This document shows, in pieces, positions 59,103 through 64,000 of a stretch of DNA of 64,000 nucleotides. The DNA lies in NCBI GenBank assembly GCA_016937155.1, contig JAFGWM010000032.1:107422-171421 (forward strand), given 5' to 3'. This DNA comes from Deltaproteobacteria bacterium. GTDB taxonomy: Bacteria > Myxococcota_A > Polyangia > HGW-17. Within the stretch, counting starts at the first letter, position 1, and each line of letters opens with the position of its first letter. The translations under genes and the position numbers were made by a program. The notes beneath the pieces were generated by a model. That model ran no database searches and was not told the origin of the DNA. It was given only the letters and a program-made list of their open reading frames with translations.

Positions 59103-59984
59103 ATGTCAGTAAGATTGTTGATGATTTTTACATTGTTCATAGTTTCATGTGAGTCCAATAATTCAAAAAGCTGTTCAGAAGGCGGCAGTCTCACTTTTAC
59201 TACTTTCAACATTCAGTTTCTTTCAGGGACTGTTGATTCAGGTGAAGTTCCAAGAAGTCTGGAGGATTATGTTGCTATAAATACTCTCCTTGAGTCAACT
59301 GATGCAGATCTGATAACACTGCAGGAAATAGGAGCACTATCTGCTCTGGAGCTTATTACTGAAGATTCTTCAAAATCATGGGGTTATGAAATAGCTATAA
59401 GTGGAGGATCACAGCATGTGGCTATGCTCTATAATACAGAAAAAATTGTTGCAGTTGATAATGTTCATGAACTTACAGTCTCTGATGGTTTGACTCTGGA
59501 TTACTGGAGTGGTGTCAGGTATCCTCTGTATGCAGAGCTTACAACAAAATGGGGGACAGAAATAACTGTAATTGCACTGCATCTTAAAGCTGGTATAGAT
59601 GAATCAGGTGTTTTGCAGAGAGCCAATCAGGTTAATGATATCGTCGAATTTATTTCCGGACTCGGAGAAAGAAATATTATTATAGCTGGAGATCTCAATG
59701 AAACATTTGATGGTATAAGTGAATTTGGAGATACACTGCAGCTTCTTGAAGATGATAACTCCGGTGGGCAGTTTCTGACTTCAGAAATTTCTGAACAGTA
59801 TACATCACTTGAATTTCAGGACCTGATTGATCACATCTGGGTTTCTGATTCCATGTATGAGTTTTATTCAACTGATACAGTGCATGTTCTTCCATTTGAT
59901 ACGGATGCTGAATTTGATAATTTTATCATTAGTGATCATCGACCTGTGGTTGCAGTTTTTGATTTTCCATCGACTTGCAAATAA
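59103..59984 (+). CDS. Endonuclease/exonuclease/phosphatase (EEP) family lipoprotein
   Basis: Lipobox IVS-C; TFNI, DLITLQEI, HLKA, IAGDLN, IDHIWVS and SDHRPV. Confidence 0.9.
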   Translation: MSVRLLMIFTLFIVSCESNNSKSCSEGGSLTFTTFNIQFLSGTVDSGEVPRSLEDYVAINTLLESTDADLITLQEIGALSALELITEDSSKSWGYEIAISGGSQHVAMLYNTEKIVAVDNVHELTVSDGLTLDYWSGVRYPLYAELTTKWGTEITVIALHLKAGIDESGVLQRANQVNDIVEFISGLGERNIIIAGDLNETFDGISEFGDTLQLLEDDNSGGQFLTSEISEQYTSLEFQDLIDHIWVSDSMYEFYSTDTVHVLPFDTDAEFDNFIISDHRPVVAVFDFPSTCK

Positions 59985-60141
59985 ATTTTATTGAATCGTA
60001 CCGAATTTGTTTTAAATTCAGTGGACGTTTGGGTAAAAATGCCCCAATTTTAGGATGAATTGTGAAAAAAAATACATGATTAGCTCTTTTTACTTGAAAG
60101 AGATGATTTAATTTCTTATCTGAAGTGGGGAGGAGGAACAA

Positions 60142-60720
60142 ATGCAATATCTCCTTTTAGCAATAAATTCAGTTTTTATCGGAAATCTTATTCTCAGTAA
60201 ATTTCTCGGAATATGCCCGTTTTTAGGGGTGTCGAGAAAAGTGTCAACAGCACTGGGAATGTCAATGGCTGTCCTTTTCGTAATGACGATGGCCTCGACT
60301 GTAACCTGGGTTCTGTTTTACACACTCCTGGAACCGTTTGGTCTTGAGTATCTTCGAACCATTGTGTTTATTCTGGTTATAGCTTCCCTTGTTCAGTTGA
60401 CCGAGATGGCAATACAGAAAATTTCCCCTGCACTTTATGAGGCTCTGGGTATTTATCTTCCTCTCATCACTACCAACTGTGCGATTTTAGGTGTTGCCAT
60501 TGATACCATTGAAAAAGGGTATAACTTTGTAGGGATGCTTGTTTATGCAGTATTTGGAGCAATTGGTTTCGCTCTGGCACTTTTATTATTTGCCGGACTG
60601 AGAGAGAGACTTGAGACTTCCGATGTTCCGGATGCGTTTAAAGGTGCAGCATCTTCACTGATTGTTGCTGGAATTCTGTCCCTCGCTTTCATGGGATTTT
60701 CAGGGCTGGTACCGGGGTAA
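60142..60720 (+). CDS. rnfA: Rnf complex subunit A
   Basis: FLGICPFLGVS, LGIYLPLITTNCAILG and FAGLRERL. Confidence 0.97.
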   Translation: MQYLLLAINSVFIGNLILSKFLGICPFLGVSRKVSTALGMSMAVLFVMTMASTVTWVLFYTLLEPFGLEYLRTIVFILVIASLVQLTEMAIQKISPALYEALGIYLPLITTNCAILGVAIDTIEKGYNFVGMLVYAVFGAIGFALALLLFAGLRERLETSDVPDAFKGAASSLIVAGILSLAFMGFSGLVPG

Positions 60721-60724
60721 TATT

Positions 60725-61705
60725 ATGAGTGAAATTTTAACTGCAATACTAGTACTTACAGGCGTTGGCCTCGCAGCGGGTCTTTTACTTTCTTACTTTT
60801 CAAGGGTATTTTATGTTGAGGAGGACCCCCGCATAGATCTCGTGGAAGAAGCCCTTCCAGGTGCAAATTGCGGGGCTTGTGGTATGGCGGGTTGTCGTGA
60901 TTATGCAAAGGCTGTGGCAACAAGTCAGGATGTCCCCGGGTGTCCTGTTGGAGGACCTGAGACCGCTGTCAAGATAGCTGAAATAATGGGCAGTGAAGCA
61001 TCTGAAGTTGAAAAAATGGTAGCTCTGGTAAAGTGTGCCGGTACAATGGAGAGAACTACCAGAAGAGGTGAACTGGTCGGTATTTCAGATTGTAGAAGTG
61101 CTTCCCTTATAGGTGGAAATAAAGAATGCAGGTATGGGTGCCTTGGTTATGGTGACTGTATGTCAGTCTGCCCGGTAAATGCAATAAAGATATATTCAGG
61201 AAATATTGCAGTGGTGGATCCTGATGTATGTATAGGCTGTGGTTTATGTGTAAAAGCATGTCCACTTGGCATTATTGATATGGTTCCTGCATCAAGAACG
61301 ATGCATGTACTTTGTTCATCAAAGGATGCAGGAGCTCAGGTCAAAAAGGCCTGCCAGGTTGGATGTATAGGCTGTAAAATTTGTTCCAGAAAAGACTCTT
61401 CATTTCAGATTGAAGATAATCTGGCAGTTTTTACAGGAACTGAAGGAAATGCAGATGCTCCATTTGTGTGCCCGAATGATGTGATTGTTGACACCAGAGT
61501 TTATAGTGTTCTTTCATTTGTTGAGAGTGAAAAAGCCAGAGAACACTTCACTAATGCAAAGGAAAAATTTAAAACTCTTGAGCGTGAAGAGCGTGCCAGA
61601 ATAGCAGCGGAAAAAAAGGCTGCGTTGGAAAAGGCAAAAAACTCTGAGAAAAAAGATGATGAAAAAATAAAGAAATCTGCTGAAAAGCAGTCAAGGGAGG
61701 ATTGA
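60725..61705 (+). CDS. rnfB: Rnf complex subunit B (polyferredoxin)
   Basis: N-terminal TM; LPGANCGACGMAGC; CRYGCLGYGDC..VCP; CIGCGLCVKACP. Start ATG 60725. Confidence 0.95.
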   Translation: MSEILTAILVLTGVGLAAGLLLSYFSRVFYVEEDPRIDLVEEALPGANCGACGMAGCRDYAKAVATSQDVPGCPVGGPETAVKIAEIMGSEASEVEKMVALVKCAGTMERTTRRGELVGISDCRSASLIGGNKECRYGCLGYGDCMSVCPVNAIKIYSGNIAVVDPDVCIGCGLCVKACPLGIIDMVPASRTMHVLCSSKDAGAQVKKACQVGCIGCKICSRKDSSFQIEDNLAVFTGTEGNADAPFVCPNDVIVDTRVYSVLSFVESEKAREHFTNAKEKFKTLEREERARIAAEKKAALEKAKNSEKKDDEKIKKSAEKQSRED

Positions 61706-61706
61706 A

Positions 61707-63035
61707 TTGTCCGGAATTAAATCATTTAATGGTGGAATTCATCCTGCATACAACAAGGATTTGACCAGTGGTTCTGAAACAGTTTTAATGCCGGCTCCGG
61801 AACGACTTGTTGTTCCTGTTGGCCAGCATATCGGTGCTCCGGCAAATCCCGTTGTCAAAAAGGGTGATATAGTAAAATTAGGGCAAATGATAGCAGAGCC
61901 TGGTGGTTTTGTTTCCAGTCCGGTTCATTCTCCAGTCAGCGGAAAAGTTATATCTGTACAGCCTGAGGAACATCCTATGGGAAGCAGGATCATGGCTATC
62001 ACCATTGAAAACGATGGTGAAGATACAATGGTGGAGCATCAGACAATTTCTGAACCATTGGAAAAAGATCCTGATGAGCTAAAGGAAATTGTAAAAAATT
62101 CCGGTATTGTCGGTATGGGCGGTGCTACGTTCCCATCCCATGTAAAACTTTCACCTCCTGCGGACAAGCCTATTGATTTTATTATTCTCAACGGTGCTGA
62201 ATGTGAGCCCTATCTGACTGCGGATCACAGGCTTATGCTGGAAAATCCCGAATCAATAGTATCAGGACTTGAAATTATCAGTCATATCACTGGGGTTAAA
62301 AAGCTTTATATTGGTATTGAAATAAACAAACCGGATGCCATAAAAAAAATCACAAAGGCTCTTGGTAAAAAGGGAACAGTTGTTCCTCTTGCAGTAAAGT
62401 ATCCTCAGGGTGCTGAAAAGCAGTTGATAAAAGCGGTTACCGGGCGGGAAGTTCCCCCAAAACATCTTCCCATGGAAGTCGGAGCAATAGTTTTTAATGT
62501 AGCTACGGCACATGCAATAAATAAGGCTGTGACTGAGGGAATTCCATTGTTTGAGAGGATTGTCACAGTTACCGGCCATGGTGTGCAAAAACCCGGAAAT
62601 TTTCTTGTCCGTACGGGGACAATGGTAAGTGAGGTAGTTGATTTCAGCGGTGGGTACACTGATGATGCAGCACAACTCATTTTGGGTGGTCCCATGATGG
62701 GTAAAAGTAGTGCCACTGACGGTGTTCCGGTTATTAAAGGAACAGGTGGAATTCTTGTTCTCCCATCGGCTGAGATGCTTACGGATGCCTGGGGACCATG
62801 TATCAGATGTGGTATGTGTCTGAGGGCATGCCCCAATCAACAGAATCCACAATTGCTTGGAAATCTAATTGAAAAGGGTCTTTTTGATAAGATTACTGAA
62901 GATAAACTGGAGGAAATTGTACTGGATGACTGTTTTGAATGTGGCAGCTGTACTTTCGTATGTCCGGCTAACAGACCTATTGTTCAGTTTTTCCATATGG
63001 CAAAAGCTTATTTCAGAGCACAGAAGAGAAAATAA
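61707..63035 (+). CDS. rnfC: Rnf complex subunit C
   Basis: FNGGIHP, QHIGAP, GIVGMGGATFP, NGAECEPYLTAD, KYPQGAEKQL, GGPMMG and two CxxCxxCxxxCP motifs. Confidence 0.97.
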   Translation: MSGIKSFNGGIHPAYNKDLTSGSETVLMPAPERLVVPVGQHIGAPANPVVKKGDIVKLGQMIAEPGGFVSSPVHSPVSGKVISVQPEEHPMGSRIMAITIENDGEDTMVEHQTISEPLEKDPDELKEIVKNSGIVGMGGATFPSHVKLSPPADKPIDFIILNGAECEPYLTADHRLMLENPESIVSGLEIISHITGVKKLYIGIEINKPDAIKKITKALGKKGTVVPLAVKYPQGAEKQLIKAVTGREVPPKHLPMEVGAIVFNVATAHAINKAVTEGIPLFERIVTVTGHGVQKPGNFLVRTGTMVSEVVDFSGGYTDDAAQLILGGPMMGKSSATDGVPVIKGTGGILVLPSAEMLTDAWGPCIRCGMCLRACPNQQNPQLLGNLIEKGLFDKITEDKLEEIVLDDCFECGSCTFVCPANRPIVQFFHMAKAYFRAQKRK

Positions 63036-63037
63036 TC

Positions 63038-64000
63038 ATGGAAACGAGATCCTTTAAAGTAAGTTACTCCCCCCATGTTCATAATGGTGCCAGTGTTCAC
63101 AAAATTATGTGGAATGTATTTCTGGCACTGGTTCCGGCAACTGCAGTGAGTGTTTATGCATTCGGTATAAATGCAGTCCGGGTGCTGTTTGTCAGTACTT
63201 TTTTTGCAATATTTTTTGAAGCTTTGGCTCTTCTTATGAGAAAGAGAGACTGGAAACAGTGTTTTGATGGCAGTGCTGCTTTAAGTGGTTTGCTTCTTGG
63301 TCTGACTCTTCCTCCGGGGATATCCACTCCCATAATAATGATTGGCTCTTTTGTTGCCATTATTGTTGCCAAACAGGTATTTGGTGGCATCGGTTCCAAT
63401 CCTTTCAATCCTGCACTCACTGGACGAGTATTTTTACTGATTGCATTTACCGAACCAATGACCACATGGCCTCTTCCAAGAGGTATTGAACAGGCAAAAA
63501 ACTACCTTGGTTTGGCTACTACTAAAACAGCAGATGCAATAACTGCAGCTACACCGCTTGCAGCCATAAAGGAACATGCATCAAAGGCAATGCCCAATGT
63601 CAGTCTAAATGATCTTTTCTTTGGGCTTCATACCCCTGGTTCAATAGGTGAAATCAGTGTTCTGGCGCTACTGATAGGGGCAGCTTGGCTTCTTTATAAA
63701 AAAATTATCACCTGGCATATTCCTGTTTCAACAATATTGACAGTTTTCGTTATAGCAACAATTACCCACTTTTTGAGTCCAGCTAAGTATCCCCATCCAT
63801 TTTTTCATATGTTTGCAGGGGGACTTATAATCGGTGCATTTTTTATGGCAACGGATTATGTTACTGCACCTATATGGCCTATGGGAAAGTTGATTTTTGG
63901 AATTGGTGTGGGATTACTTACCATTGTAATCAGGCTATGGGGGGGGTACCCTGAAGGTATTTCCTTTGCTATTCTAATCATGAATGCAACAACGCCTCTG
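63038..64000 (+). CDS. rnfD: Rnf complex subunit D (3' end runs off the window)
   Basis: Translated by hand: METRSFKVSYSPH...KQVFGGIGSNPFNPAL...AITAATPL (FMN-Thr site)...GSIGE...FFMATDYVTAP...GGYPEG. Confidence 0.96.
   Translation, partial: METRSFKVSYSPHVHNGASVHKIMWNVFLALVPATAVSVYAFGINAVRVLFVSTFFAIFFEALALLMRKRDWKQCFDGSAALSGLLLGLTLPPGISTPIIMIGSFVAIIVAKQVFGGIGSNPFNPALTGRVFLLIAFTEPMTTWPLPRGIEQAKNYLGLATTKTADAITAATPLAAIKEHASKAMPNVSLNDLFFGLHTPGSIGEISVLALLIGAAWLLYKKIITWHIPVSTILTVFVIATITHFLSPAKYPHPFFHMFAGGLIIGAFFMATDYVTAPIWPMGKLIFGIGVGLLTIVIRLWGGYPEGISFAILIMNATTPL

Noticed and set aside
626..63465. The many 60-200 aa antisense or alternate-frame ORFs in the track (e.g. 5624-6100, 14322-14786, 39024-39560, 54762-55187, 62262-62852)
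   Set aside because: They lie within well-supported genes and have no recognisable motifs; treated as shadow ORFs.
1..64000. tRNA, rRNA, IS element, integrase or prophage
   Set aside because: No such signatures seen; intergenic gaps are short and AT-rich.

Overview
AT-rich bacterial chromosomal segment, densely coding and mostly housekeeping. I see no tRNA, rRNA, CRISPR array, IS element or prophage. In order: recJ (partial) with secF-secD-yajC; dnaG-rpoD followed by an atypical class II seryl-tRNA-synthetase-like ligase; an ECF sigma with a zinc anti-sigma; dnaK; a CglD-like Ca-binding/vWA lipoprotein; comEC; a PhaR-like regulator; a PP2C-like protein; pduO and pssA; a regulatory PTS operon (hprK-rapZ-ptsH-ptsI-prsW); a PilZ protein; a four-gene uncharacterised operon (coiled-coil, unknown, AAA+ ATPase, degenerate GHKL ATPase); a HydABC/Bfu-type flavoprotein complex whose large subunit carries a GltD/Nfn-like NADP(H) module instead of an H-cluster; lgt-TPR-GldA/F/G-like ABC-DUF4340; miaA; a receiver-GGDEF protein; two tandem disordered lipoproteins sharing a conserved 16-aa C-terminal peptide; recD2; EIIA plus a cation:proton antiporter; ybjQ x2, PrsW and an EEP nuclease; and rnfABCD (cut by the window end). 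Gene content suggests (inference) an anaerobic, low-GC member of the Deltaproteobacteria/Myxococcota radiation. The best candidates for undescribed systems are the 31.8-36.8 kb ATPase operon, the twin lipoproteins at 50.9-51.7 kb, the carrier-protein-less SerRS-like ligase and the minimal Nfn-type bifurcating complex. All family assignments come from reading motifs by eye; no database search was run.
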